A stretch of 64,000 nucleotides of DNA from a virus (taxonomy: Duplodnaviria; Caudoviricetes). Below are positions 37,096 to 46,505 of the stretch, in pieces (the first letter of the stretch is position 1; each line of letters begins with the position of its first letter). The notes beneath the pieces are model-generated. The model was not told the DNA's origin. It did not search any database and was given only the letters and a program-made list of their open reading frames with translations. The position numbers and the translations under genes are program-made. The stretch lies in IMG/VR virus record IMGVR_UViG_3300032030_004230. The stretch is one strand, 5' to 3'.

Positions 37096-37335
37096 ATGAA
37101 ATTTGACAACAAAATTTGCAATCATGTAATTTATGTAAAAGGCAATGGTTATGTTGCAAACAAACCAAATGGTGGCGACTATAAGTTTACTCCGCATGTA
37201 CAGCAAGCTCGTGTTTTTAGCTCGTCTGGAGCAGCAGCAAATGCAGCCAACTTTGTAGCTAAGCAGTTTGGTTTTACATCATACTACTACGGCAATCTCC
37301 AGATTATACCAGTTGTTCTGGTAGAGGTAAAATAA
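37096..37335 (+). CDS. Small protein, paralog of 31369-31587
   Basis: GYVANKPNG..YKF....ARVF. Confidence 0.7.
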   Translation: MKFDNKICNHVIYVKGNGYVANKPNGGDYKFTPHVQQARVFSSSGAAANAANFVAKQFGFTSYYYGNLQIIPVVLVEVK

Positions 37336-37338
37336 AAT

Positions 37339-37851
37339 ATGAGTAGCGGACTTCATAATCGATGTAAAGAACGAGCGCAGAAAAAGAGAAAATGCCAAGC
37401 AGCATTCTATGATAGATACTATGGTACAGTCAAATTAATGCTCAGATATCTTCTTGAATGTGAATATGTTCCGTTGACGTTCGAGAACGAGCATGAAGTT
37501 GAGTATGAAGCTACTGAGTTCAGAAAGATTTGGAAGTCTGTTTTCAAGCTTCCATATCTCAGTATTCGTGGAATAACTGAAAGCAGGGCGCCAATTCCAT
37601 ATAAGATTGTTTACAATCGTTGGAAGCGCTTTCTTAAGGAACGCTTGGTTCATTTGCGTTCATTGTATCTTATTGAAGTTATTGGATGCAGTATGCGAGA
37701 TGGCGTAAAAATCGATGTTCGTGAATTGTATTCAGATCATAACGAAATCAATGAACATATGAATACAAAGGTTTTGTCACAAGCTTGGGTACAAAATTAC
37801 AATAAACAGGTTGACGAAAACCTAGACAATAACCAAAAGGAGCTTATCTGA
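37339..37851 (+). CDS. Hypothetical protein
   Basis: 170 aa, GAGG SD. Confidence 0.7.
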   Translation: MSSGLHNRCKERAQKKRKCQAAFYDRYYGTVKLMLRYLLECEYVPLTFENEHEVEYEATEFRKIWKSVFKLPYLSIRGITESRAPIPYKIVYNRWKRFLKERLVHLRSLYLIEVIGCSMRDGVKIDVRELYSDHNEINEHMNTKVLSQAWVQNYNKQVDENLDNNQKELI

Positions 37852-37852
37852 A

Positions 37853-38404
37853 ATGGCAAAGATCGGAATTTTTGGGGGAACTTTCAGCCCATTTCATCTC
37901 GGGCATCTTGCAATCATTAAGAAAGCTCTTGAAAAGCTTGATAAAGTGATTATTGTTCCGACAGTAATAAACTACTATCGTCCTGGCAAAAGGAGTCTTT
38001 TTAGCTTTGACGACAGAGTTCGAATTATTCTTGAGATGACTGCAGGTTTCTCAGGAAGCGTAACAGTTGACTCAGTAGAAAGAGACAAAGACTCTACTTG
38101 GAGAACTGTTGATACGCTTCTATACTTTAAAAAGCTTTACCCAAATGATGAGCTGTATTTTATCATGGGTGAAGACTCTTATTCGCAGTTCAAAACTTGG
38201 TTTAAGTATGAAGATATTCTTCGCTTGGCAAAATTACTGGTTGCAAATCGTGGTGAAATCAAAGCTGATCCTGAAGTGCCTTTTGAAGAATTAAATATTG
38301 GGAAAGGCTTTCAGGAAACATCAGCAACTGCTATTTGTGATAAGCTCATCGAAGAGTTAATTGATACATATATAGCAGATAAAGAGTGGTATAACAGTCT
38401 TTAA
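37853..38404 (+). CDS. nadD: Nicotinate-nucleotide adenylyltransferase
   Basis: IFGGTFSPFHLGH, TVDTL, FIMGEDS..W, SATAI. Confidence 0.9.
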   Translation: MAKIGIFGGTFSPFHLGHLAIIKKALEKLDKVIIVPTVINYYRPGKRSLFSFDDRVRIILEMTAGFSGSVTVDSVERDKDSTWRTVDTLLYFKKLYPNDELYFIMGEDSYSQFKTWFKYEDILRLAKLLVANRGEIKADPEVPFEELNIGKGFQETSATAICDKLIEELIDTYIADKEWYNSL

Positions 38405-38451
38405 AAAATTCTCCAGCTTATCAAAAAGTTGGTAGAAGAGGAGAAATATTT

Positions 38452-39162
38452 ATGGAAAAGAAGTTTGAGTCTTTGAAGAAAATGACACTTCGTCAGGCAG
38501 AGAAATTCTTGGAGAGCGGTAGACTTCGTTCAGAGTTTAATGAGCAGAACACAGCCTACTCAGAGAAAGACAGAGAAGCATTGTATGCAGCAGCTCTTTC
38601 ACTCTCTGAAGCTCGTAAGTTTATCGATGAGTTCTCAAAGAAAGAGCGTTTTGCAACTGACACTTTCCGCTATGGTTTCATCGGTAAGAAAGTGAATGAT
38701 GAGCATGGCACAGAATACGTGCAGGTTTCTCGTGGTTCGCCTTATGGCTCAATTGCAGCAGTCTATGATGAAAAGACAAAGAAAATCTACGCAGGCTTTA
38801 CTTACGTAAGTGAAGATGAGCGTTTCCCACATTCAGTAATCGGCCAAGCAATTGCTCTTCGCCGTGCAATCGAAAACCGCGACAAAGACATTGATATTGA
38901 AGCAATCGACGGAACTCCTTGGCTTAAAGGAGCTGATGAGCTTCAGTGGAAGCATTTCAAAGACAGAGTATATCGTTACTTCCGCCCAGATGAGTTCTCT
39001 CATTCACGTGGAAAGACGCCTACTGCTCAACCAAAGTTTGATGAAATTCATATTTGGCAGTATGTTGTGGAAGCACAGCATGCAAAAGATAAAAAGTCTT
39101 TCAAAGAACTTCTCAAGAAGATTGAGAGCTCTTTGACAGAACTTAATCCAAAATTGAAGTAG
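38452..39162 (+). CDS. Hypothetical protein
   Basis: 236 aa, GAGGAG SD, highly expressed codon style. Confidence 0.8.
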   Translation: MEKKFESLKKMTLRQAEKFLESGRLRSEFNEQNTAYSEKDREALYAAALSLSEARKFIDEFSKKERFATDTFRYGFIGKKVNDEHGTEYVQVSRGSPYGSIAAVYDEKTKKIYAGFTYVSEDERFPHSVIGQAIALRRAIENRDKDIDIEAIDGTPWLKGADELQWKHFKDRVYRYFRPDEFSHSRGKTPTAQPKFDEIHIWQYVVEAQHAKDKKSFKELLKKIESSLTELNPKLK

Positions 39163-39185
39163 TCTTGTACATAAAAAATCAATAG

Positions 39186-39215
39186 ATGCCGCTACAAAGC
39201 GGCATTTTTTTTTTT
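39186..39215 (+). terminator. Intrinsic terminator, followed by a TATTATATTA motif at 39235
   Basis: ATGCCGCT-ACAA-AGCGGCAT plus a long T-run. Confidence 0.85.
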
Positions 39216-39279
39216 GAAATTTGGATATAACATTTATTATATTATTTATAAAGTTTAATTTCATAGAGGTATAGAGAAT

Positions 39280-39660
39280 ATGTATACTAGTTTGATCAAT
39301 GAGCTGTTAAGAGAGATAAGTCGTTCTCATGTAGCCTATCCATCAGAACAGTCTTCACAGTCAAAGAAAGAAGACACTCCTGAAGTAAGTGAACTTCTTA
39401 AGACTGCAGAGCAATATGAAGAGCAGGCAAAAGCTCTAAGAGAAGAAGCTCAGAAAAAGCGTGAATCTCTTCGAAAGCTAAAGTACAGTCCAGCACATTC
39501 CTCAGAAGTTACTGCAATTACGACAAATGGCCACACTGAGTATTTCGTAAGAGAAGATGATGCTCAAAATTATCTCTTGTTCTTAAAAGAAAATGACATC
39601 AAGAATCCTGAAGTGAAAAAGATTTCAGTGACACTTGTTGCAGATTTCTGGCGAGAGTAA
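39280..39660 (+). CDS. Hypothetical coiled-coil protein
   Basis: 126 aa. Confidence 0.7.
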   Translation: MYTSLINELLREISRSHVAYPSEQSSQSKKEDTPEVSELLKTAEQYEEQAKALREEAQKKRESLRKLKYSPAHSSEVTAITTNGHTEYFVREDDAQNYLLFLKENDIKNPEVKKISVTLVADFWRE

Positions 39661-39673
39661 AAGGAGCTGCATT

Positions 39674-39952
39674 ATGAAAGCATTTGTCTACTATGAGTTC
39701 TCTTATTCATTCTCAACTTTGCCAGATGATACAAAAAACTCTAAAGAGAAGTTTTACGGTATTCCAACTGTTTCCACAAAAACTGGCTCTGGGAGAGAAG
39801 TCGTTTTCGTACCGAACAATCTAACTCCTACTGAGTACAATAAGTGGATTGATGAATACGAAGACAAGAAAGGCCAAGAGATCCTTGAAGACGATATTTT
39901 ACACAGAGATGATGTCTTTGTACAAGTAAAAAACTTTTGTCAGCTCCCTTAA
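39674..39952 (+). CDS. Hypothetical protein
   Basis: AGGAG SD before MKAFVY. Confidence 0.7.
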   Translation: MKAFVYYEFSYSFSTLPDDTKNSKEKFYGIPTVSTKTGSGREVVFVPNNLTPTEYNKWIDEYEDKKGQEILEDDILHRDDVFVQVKNFCQLP

Positions 39953-40095
39953 AAACATATATACATTTGTATAATATACATTTCAAAAACATATATACAA
40001 ATGTTTAATATACGAATTCGTCAACTATTAATGGGGCTCCGCTGCATTAATAGTGGGTTGGTTGGCTTGCTATTAATTATTAATTAATTATTAAT
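39951..40095. repeat. Fourth copy of the 21-bp element, with 15-bp direct repeats and a hairpin
   Basis: AAAAACATATATACA at 39951 and 39985; 21-mer at 40014-40034; ACTATTAATG/CATTAATAGT stem at 40024-40054; AT-only block 40071-40095. Confidence 0.85.
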
Positions 40096-40127
40096 AGAGA
40101 GTTAATTTCTAATTTGGAGATTTATTT

Positions 40128-40664
40128 ATGGCTACAAAGCATATTTTGACTGATACACAGTTTGAGCATTTAAGTTCTCTTTTTGAAGAGCGGGAAGATT
40201 TGAAAGGACAGTTTGCAAAAGCAAATGATTTTCTGTATAAAGCTCGATTTTGCTTGAAACTTTTTGACACTTATTCGAATGCAACTTTTACAGAAGACAG
40301 ATGCAGAGTTACTTCTTTAGACAAAACAGATATTCGTATTGTCTACAGAAGAGTGCCAGAACATTTCCAAATTGATGGTGAAACTGCTACAAGAAATCAG
40401 TTTTGTGAACGTATTCATGATACAAAAAAGCTTGTTCGTTCTCTAAATAGCAAGCTTGACAAGACACAAAATAAACTTCAGGCAGAAGTAAGCTTTATTG
40501 CAAAAGCATCAGGTGAATTTTCTTGGAAAATTTGGGATGAGCTCCGCTCAAATTACATAAATAAGAAAAAGATCGAGAAGCAGCAGAAAGCTGTAGAAGA
40601 TGCAGAAAAGAACCTTAAAGAACTGAAAGATGTTCTCGATAGCCTTAAAAGGAGTGTCATTTAA
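40128..40664 (+). CDS. Hypothetical coiled-coil protein
   Basis: 178 aa, GGAG SD. Confidence 0.75.
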   Translation: MATKHILTDTQFEHLSSLFEEREDLKGQFAKANDFLYKARFCLKLFDTYSNATFTEDRCRVTSLDKTDIRIVYRRVPEHFQIDGETATRNQFCERIHDTKKLVRSLNSKLDKTQNKLQAEVSFIAKASGEFSWKIWDELRSNYINKKKIEKQQKAVEDAEKNLKELKDVLDSLKRSVI

Positions 40665-40666
40665 GT

Positions 40667-41065
40667 ATGGAATGCAACTACGAGAAAATTCGGCTAAGTC
40701 GTGAGTATACGAAGCTTTTGAATAAGTACTTCTCAGAAAGGACTATGTTTGTCGATGCTTGCAGAGACTACGAAAGAGCTAAGACAGATTATCGTAATTT
40801 TGCAAAAGCTGAAAATCAGCATCTCTTGTTTGTCGAGACTAAATGTCTTTTAGACAAAAGTGGCTTTCTTTCAAAAGAAGAGTACATTAAGTATTACAAT
40901 AAGAAGCTTGTCCCTTTGACTCGTATGCCATTTTCAGAAATTCAAAAAATAAATGCTGCAAAATGCAAAGAGACAAAAGAGAAAAAAAGAGTGCATCAGC
41001 ATTGTATGAATGCAGCTTTTATTGAACTTAAAGAGTTCCTTTCTTATAATGGCTTCAAGGGGTAA
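40667..41065 (+). CDS. Hypothetical protein
   Basis: 132 aa, tightly packed operon. Confidence 0.7.
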   Translation: MECNYEKIRLSREYTKLLNKYFSERTMFVDACRDYERAKTDYRNFAKAENQHLLFVETKCLLDKSGFLSKEEYIKYYNKKLVPLTRMPFSEIQKINAAKCKETKEKKRVHQHCMNAAFIELKEFLSYNGFKG

Positions 41066-41071
41066 AAGAAA

Positions 41072-41341
41072 ATGGCACCATCAAGTTTTGAGATATTTTA
41101 TGAGACTCGCAAAGTCTTAATTGGCAATAAGCCAGTACCAGAAAATCTTGATTACAGTGCTTGGTTTAAAGAAGAATTAAGACTTTATTGGGACACAGCT
41201 CAGCAATCTTTGATTGAGAATCACCCTGAAGACTTTGACAGAGAAGAACAGCTGAGCGCAACAATTGCTGAACTAGAAGACGAGCTTGAAGAGCTCAGAT
41301 TGAAGCTCAGAGATATTCATTCATTAAGTGAGGAATCTTGA
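41072..41341 (+). CDS. Hypothetical protein
   Basis: 89 aa. Confidence 0.7.
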   Translation: MAPSSFEIFYETRKVLIGNKPVPENLDYSAWFKEELRLYWDTAQQSLIENHPEDFDREEQLSATIAELEDELEELRLKLRDIHSLSEES

Positions 41342-41344
41342 AAT

Positions 41345-42013
41345 ATGTACTCTAAAAAAATGCCAGATTTCAGATGGAACGAAGTTTTAGACTTACTTGA
41401 ATTCGAATCCAAGATGATGGAAGACGGTCATGAAGGCATTTACAGTACTGATGACTTCCAGTACAGTGATTGGAAAGACAAGCTTCCTGATAGCTGGGGG
41501 AAAGAAGATGATGCACTTCGAAAGTACTTCGACATAATGAATGAAGCTGAAAAGCTGTACTGTGCTTTAGGTGAATTTCATCGTGATGTGTCATCTGAAA
41601 ATATTCCAAAATACGAGATTTACATCATGCTTCCAAGCGGAAGAAAGATTGGAATGTATTGGATGACTGGTCAAGGAGATGACTTCGGAACATTTTTGCT
41701 CGACAAGAAAAAAGCAGATGAGCTTGGACCGTACATTATTCCATGGTGCGGTATTGACAATCTGGTCGATAGAAGTCCGTCTAAAAAAGCTGACTGGTAC
41801 TATAACCAAGTTTTGGATGGAGCAGTTCGCTTGCAGATAAAAGAAATTTGTGATGCAGAAGGCGAAAGCACTGGTAATACAATCAGTCTTCAGCATCTTG
41901 TAAAAAATAATGCTATGTTTGTTTTGGGCCAGATGTCGTTTAAGCAAGGATTCCCTTCAACATTGAACTTAGACAACATTGAAAACTTTGTAAAGGAGTG
42001 CATATATGGATAG
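41345..42013 (+). CDS. Hypothetical protein
   Basis: 222 aa, GAGG SD. Confidence 0.75.
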   Translation: MYSKKMPDFRWNEVLDLLEFESKMMEDGHEGIYSTDDFQYSDWKDKLPDSWGKEDDALRKYFDIMNEAEKLYCALGEFHRDVSSENIPKYEIYIMLPSGRKIGMYWMTGQGDDFGTFLLDKKKADELGPYIIPWCGIDNLVDRSPSKKADWYYNQVLDGAVRLQIKEICDAEGESTGNTISLQHLVKNNAMFVLGQMSFKQGFPSTLNLDNIENFVKECIYG

Positions 42014-42626
42014 CTTTACGAAATCAAGAATCAGTAGACTTGAAGCTGATGTAAGATCAATTTTTGAGTCAATTGAAAAGCTTAAAAAAGAAGATGACAG
42101 AAGTAGAGACTCAATCAATGCACTTGTGAGAGTTGGAGAGAATCTCAATAACCGCATTACTGCTCTTGAAGAGACTTCTATGCCAACAAAAGATGAAGAA
42201 GATGACGATGCATCTCTTCTTACAGAAAAGCCAATTGAATACCAAATTGCTTGGAAAATGCTTTCACGCTGTGCTGATTGGTTTTACAGAAAAGCAAAAG
42301 AAGACATTGGCTATGAAGGCTATGACACAGATGTAGAATCTTATGGAAATTTTATCGACACTGTTCGTAAGACTGGATTTATCTCAATAAGTGTTGTAAA
42401 CGGACGCGCATTCTTGTATGCTGCAAATCCTGTAGCATTTATTGAGTTCAAAGACATGTGGAATGATGTTCAAGCATTTATTAATAGCGAGCTTGGCTTC
42501 ATAATTGCAATCAGTCGTTTCGTATATCCTTCAAAAAATGAAGACATAGCACCAGACTACGGTGAAGACATGACTTCAATCGTAAATGAATTTATTGATG
42601 GGCTAAGGAAGCCGGGACAGGACTAA
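42006..42626 (+). CDS. Hypothetical protein with N-terminal coiled coil
   Basis: 206 aa, AGGAG SD. Confidence 0.75.
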   Translation: MDSFTKSRISRLEADVRSIFESIEKLKKEDDRSRDSINALVRVGENLNNRITALEETSMPTKDEEDDDASLLTEKPIEYQIAWKMLSRCADWFYRKAKEDIGYEGYDTDVESYGNFIDTVRKTGFISISVVNGRAFLYAANPVAFIEFKDMWNDVQAFINSELGFIIAISRFVYPSKNEDIAPDYGEDMTSIVNEFIDGLRKPGQD

Positions 42627-42627
42627 A

Positions 42628-43578
42628 ATGAGTAAGTGGCTATATCACAGTGGACTAAAAACAACTGCAACATTCATTGGCAATAGAAAACGAAAAACTG
42701 AAGCACTTCGTTTGTTTGAATGCTCAAGAGAAGACAATATTGAGAAAATTGAAAAGTTTGTCAAGGGGCATGAGCTTTCTTCAAAAACTTGGAGACTGGA
42801 CTATGACAGACCAAGTGCGTATGACGCTTATGACAGTGACGCTTATGCTATTATGTTCTCAGGCGGCTTTGACAGTCTTTCATTAGCTTTGCGTCACTTA
42901 GAAAAGAAAGAACGTGTCTATCTGTTGTCAATTGGTTTTCATGAAGATGAGCGTTGCTCTGCTTGGCTTACTGCACAAATACTAAAATCAGTCTATGGTG
43001 AAGACAATGTAAAGTTCATCAAATTGTTTGATGAGATTTTAATTGATGGTGAAGGAACTTTTGGATTGACGCAACAGCCTATTTGTGCTTTTTATGCTTC
43101 ACACATGCCAGAAGTTGTTTTTGAAGACATTAAAGCAGTTGAATGTGCGTATGTAATGAACGATGATGCGATCTCATATTTGAGTGAACTAAAAGCAATT
43201 TACAGTAATGCCATGAAATGCCACAGTGTCTCTTGCAGTCGTAAAGACTTCCCGCCTATGAGATTCCCTCTTTCAAAAGTTCAGCATCATGAGAATATTG
43301 ACTACGTTCGCAGAATTGAAGAAAAATACGATGTGATTTTCCCAACATTATCAGCTGAACACATTCGATCAAGAATGTATGAAGCAAAAAATGACTTCGT
43401 TTACATTATTGAAGCTGGAGAAAATCAAGACAAGCCAAACAAAGAATGTGATGTCCATGCTTATATTTTCATTGAGCATCTTCGACAGATCAATAGTCTA
43501 AAAGAAGTATTCTCACATTCTCTTACGAAGAGAATCAAAGAGAGACTTGAGAAAGTAGCAGAAACGCTGGAAAGTTAA
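42628..43578 (+). CDS. QueC-like PP-loop ATPase
   Basis: AIMFSGGFDSLSL PP-loop; no C-terminal Zn-binding Cys cluster. Confidence 0.65.
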   Translation: MSKWLYHSGLKTTATFIGNRKRKTEALRLFECSREDNIEKIEKFVKGHELSSKTWRLDYDRPSAYDAYDSDAYAIMFSGGFDSLSLALRHLEKKERVYLLSIGFHEDERCSAWLTAQILKSVYGEDNVKFIKLFDEILIDGEGTFGLTQQPICAFYASHMPEVVFEDIKAVECAYVMNDDAISYLSELKAIYSNAMKCHSVSCSRKDFPPMRFPLSKVQHHENIDYVRRIEEKYDVIFPTLSAEHIRSRMYEAKNDFVYIIEAGENQDKPNKECDVHAYIFIEHLRQINSLKEVFSHSLTKRIKERLEKVAETLES

Positions 43579-43587
43579 TCTTTTTAC

Positions 43588-44760
43588 ATGAAGAATAGAA
43601 CTTGGGTATATGCAGATAATAGAAGAGTAGAAGTCTTCTTACACATGGGCAACAAGATTTTCAATAGAATGCATTCTTATGAGAGAAGCATCCTTGGCAG
43701 AGAAAACGAAAAAATTGTAGTTCAGATAGTTCGTTATTCTGAAGGCTCAAAAGACTTGTCTATTTGCTGCTGGTACTGGAAGAAAAGAGACATTAAGAAC
43801 ATCACTTATGGGTCTCTTCTTTTTGAATGGAGAATGCCTTTTGTAAAAAATGGTGTTTACAGCTTATGTTGTGATCTTCCAAAAACTGAAAATTGGCATG
43901 CTATTCGAAGCTGTTTTTCAACTGTTAAAGAAAAGAAACCGACAAAAGACAATGCATTCTACTATCAAAATCATGTTGGACAGGAATGCTTCACGAATGA
44001 TGAAATAAAAGACAATGAAGAAGCCGTCAAGCTTACGATCGACAGATACATGACAAAAGACGAAGCAAAAGCAACTTGGAGACACATCAAAAAGAATAAT
44101 TGGGTCTCAAAGTTTTATTGGGACCCTTGGATGCATGAGTATGACTGCTACTGCAACTTTTGCAAAGCTATCTCTGTAACAGAGCCTAGAAGAAGCTGGA
44201 GATCATGGGTGAGCAATCCAGACATTGGCTATGTTTGGCTAGACGAAATACATTGCAAGAGTGACTATGTCTACAAAGGAAAAGCTTATGTTCCTTGTCC
44301 AGCTGAATTGTATGATCGTCTTTGTTTTTTTAATAAAGAGCAATATGAAGAAGAGATAAAAGATAAGACTGGGCGATTTAAGACTTTTGATGAGTTGTGG
44401 AATGAAGAGCTCACAGCTAAAGAAATTAAAAGCAATGGAAATGTCTGTGGTGGTGCATGGAGAAATCTTCTTAGCAAAAATATTATTGCAAAAGATGATG
44501 TAGACAATGCAGATGATGCAAATCTTGAGAAAGTTGTCACTCTAGGCTGGCATAGAACAGAGATAGAGCATGCAGTTCGTTGTCCTGTTTGCGATGACTT
44601 GTATGAGATTATTTGTCGTAGCGACTACAACCCTGTGCCATTCTTTAAGAGACTTAAAGAGAGAATTGTATGGAAAGCAGAAAGACTTGAACTTGACGCT
44701 ATGCTGCACAATTTTCTCTATAATTTAAAGGAGACATTAAAATGCAAAAAGAGAAAATAG
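43588..44760 (+). CDS. Hypothetical Trp/Cys-rich protein
   Basis: 390 aa, GTTAAT-N8-ATG, CNFC...CPVC. Confidence 0.75.
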   Translation: MKNRTWVYADNRRVEVFLHMGNKIFNRMHSYERSILGRENEKIVVQIVRYSEGSKDLSICCWYWKKRDIKNITYGSLLFEWRMPFVKNGVYSLCCDLPKTENWHAIRSCFSTVKEKKPTKDNAFYYQNHVGQECFTNDEIKDNEEAVKLTIDRYMTKDEAKATWRHIKKNNWVSKFYWDPWMHEYDCYCNFCKAISVTEPRRSWRSWVSNPDIGYVWLDEIHCKSDYVYKGKAYVPCPAELYDRLCFFNKEQYEEEIKDKTGRFKTFDELWNEELTAKEIKSNGNVCGGAWRNLLSKNIIAKDDVDNADDANLEKVVTLGWHRTEIEHAVRCPVCDDLYEIICRSDYNPVPFFKRLKERIVWKAERLELDAMLHNFLYNLKETLKCKKRK

Positions 44761-45473
44761 GTGCTCTTCCTATTGAGTACTCTGTAGTACCTTATAAAAA
44801 AGGCATTGGAGGCACTAGATGCTATCGATATTTTAGCATTATGCAATCAGATGCTGTAGACTCATTAAAGAGACAAGATTGTCCAGTGCTGTATCGAAGC
44901 CGCGATTTTAGTAAATGCTTAACTTTCGCAAAGCACTTCTTTAACGTTGCAGACTTGAAGAATAACTATGAGCTAAATATGAATAAATGCTGGATTGCTG
45001 TGCATGGTATTAAGTACCATCCAGCTAAAGATGCTTGGCTTTGGTGGGTGAGCCAGAAACAAGAAGACATAAAATTTATCTTTGATGAGCCGCAAGACAA
45101 CACCTTAAAAGGCCTCAGTATAACAGTTCAAAGACAGCATGATGCAATTGCAACTCTTAAGCATGAAGCAAAAATCAGAGAGAGACGATTGTCTGAACTC
45201 GAATCAGCTGTTTCTACTCTTTCAAACAGACTATCAGAGTATATTACTTCTCATTCAGAATGCGCAAAAGAAGAGACGAAAGAAGAGCTGCTCAATCTTA
45301 TGGATTGGATTTTCTGGAGAGCTAGAACTGGAAGACCTGTTGACAAGACAAACATCTATGACTTCTTTTGTTTCGCTGATTCTCGTGGTTTCGCAAATAA
45401 TGCTACTAGTGCAAGAGTTTGGGACTATAGATATGAAGACCTCTTCTACAATAATTTTGTACTTGTCAAATAA
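44742..45473 (+). CDS. Hypothetical protein
   Basis: 243 aa, AGGAG SD. Confidence 0.7.
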   Translation: MQKEKIGALPIEYSVVPYKKGIGGTRCYRYFSIMQSDAVDSLKRQDCPVLYRSRDFSKCLTFAKHFFNVADLKNNYELNMNKCWIAVHGIKYHPAKDAWLWWVSQKQEDIKFIFDEPQDNTLKGLSITVQRQHDAIATLKHEAKIRERRLSELESAVSTLSNRLSEYITSHSECAKEETKEELLNLMDWIFWRARTGRPVDKTNIYDFFCFADSRGFANNATSARVWDYRYEDLFYNNFVLVK

Positions 45474-45496
45474 AAGCTGTGAAGGAGATTTAGAGA

Positions 45497-45697
45497 ATGA
45501 GAATGACAGTAACAGACTTATGCAGCCAGCTTCAGTCACTTGCTCATGAGGGCTATGCAATTCATGCTATTGAGCTTTTGACAGAATGTGATAATTGTAC
45601 TTCTGACATCACTTTAGATAATCCGACGCTAGAGATCATAAAGTCGGACAAAAAAACAGTTAAGCTCCTTTTTAGAAACGGAGAGCACAATGACTAA
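45497..45697 (+). CDS. Hypothetical protein
   Basis: 66 aa, AGGAG SD. Confidence 0.65.
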   Translation: MRMTVTDLCSQLQSLAHEGYAIHAIELLTECDNCTSDITLDNPTLEIIKSDKKTVKLLFRNGEHND

Positions 45698-45878
45698 TGA
45701 TGAGCTTCTTGCTAAAGAAAACACTCTTTCAAGAAAAGTCGATGAGCTTAAAAAAGAACTTGTAGAAAAGCAAGTAGCTCTATGTAAGTATGATGGCTAT
45801 GAGGAGACTTCTAAGAGAATTAAATCTCTGATACAGAAGTTCTTGAGCAAAAACTTAACAAAATCGAATCTGACATAG
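45690..45878 (+). CDS. Hypothetical coiled-coil protein
   Basis: 62 aa, GGAG SD. Confidence 0.6.
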   Translation: MTNDELLAKENTLSRKVDELKKELVEKQVALCKYDGYEETSKRIKSLIQKFLSKNLTKSNLT

Positions 45879-45920
45879 ATTATGCTTGTAACTAATTTTT
45901 CATATAGGAGATTTTTCTAA

Positions 45921-46505
45921 ATGAGAAAACTTAATGAGAACATAGAATGGGGAGACTTCGATCAGTTCACAAACTCTGATAAGTATCTTCCTGCACGTGG
46001 TGAAGGCGACAACATGGCTACTCAAGCTGCTACTGCTTTGAGCAAGCTTGTCTATAAGTGGTTTAATGATGGTGATGTCTATGATACTCGCTATGAGCTT
46101 AAAGGCTGGGCAAATGACATCTCAGGTTCAGCAAACTGGCTATACAAATACATTCCAGAGACACAGCCTATTCTTGATAGAATTGAACTAATCGGGACAG
46201 AAGATGAGTACACAGGACTTTTGTTTGACCTCTGCAAAGTTGTAGATCCAAAAATTCCAAGTCTTGAGAGCTTTGACTTAAAAGGCGATGCATACGACGA
46301 AGATGGCAAATTTAAGTACTGTGAAAGATGCAGCAATTGCGGTTGTGTAATGCCAGACGGCGATTACTGCGATGGAATGTGTAAAGACTGCTATGAGGAG
46401 CGGTATGAAGACGACTACGAGGATGAAGACGAAGAATTTGATGAAAGCAAAGTCATCGATATGCCTCGTATTAGAGAAGCTCGCAGAGCAAAGAATACAA
46501 AATGA
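45921..46505 (+). CDS. Putative late/head-cargo protein with zinc ribbon and acidic tail
   Basis: ACTAAT at 45891, AGGAG SD, MRKLNE leader, CSNC..CKDC. Confidence 0.7.
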   Translation: MRKLNENIEWGDFDQFTNSDKYLPARGEGDNMATQAATALSKLVYKWFNDGDVYDTRYELKGWANDISGSANWLYKYIPETQPILDRIELIGTEDEYTGLLFDLCKVVDPKIPSLESFDLKGDAYDEDGKFKYCERCSNCGCVMPDGDYCDGMCKDCYEERYEDDYEDEDEEFDESKVIDMPRIREARRAKNTK

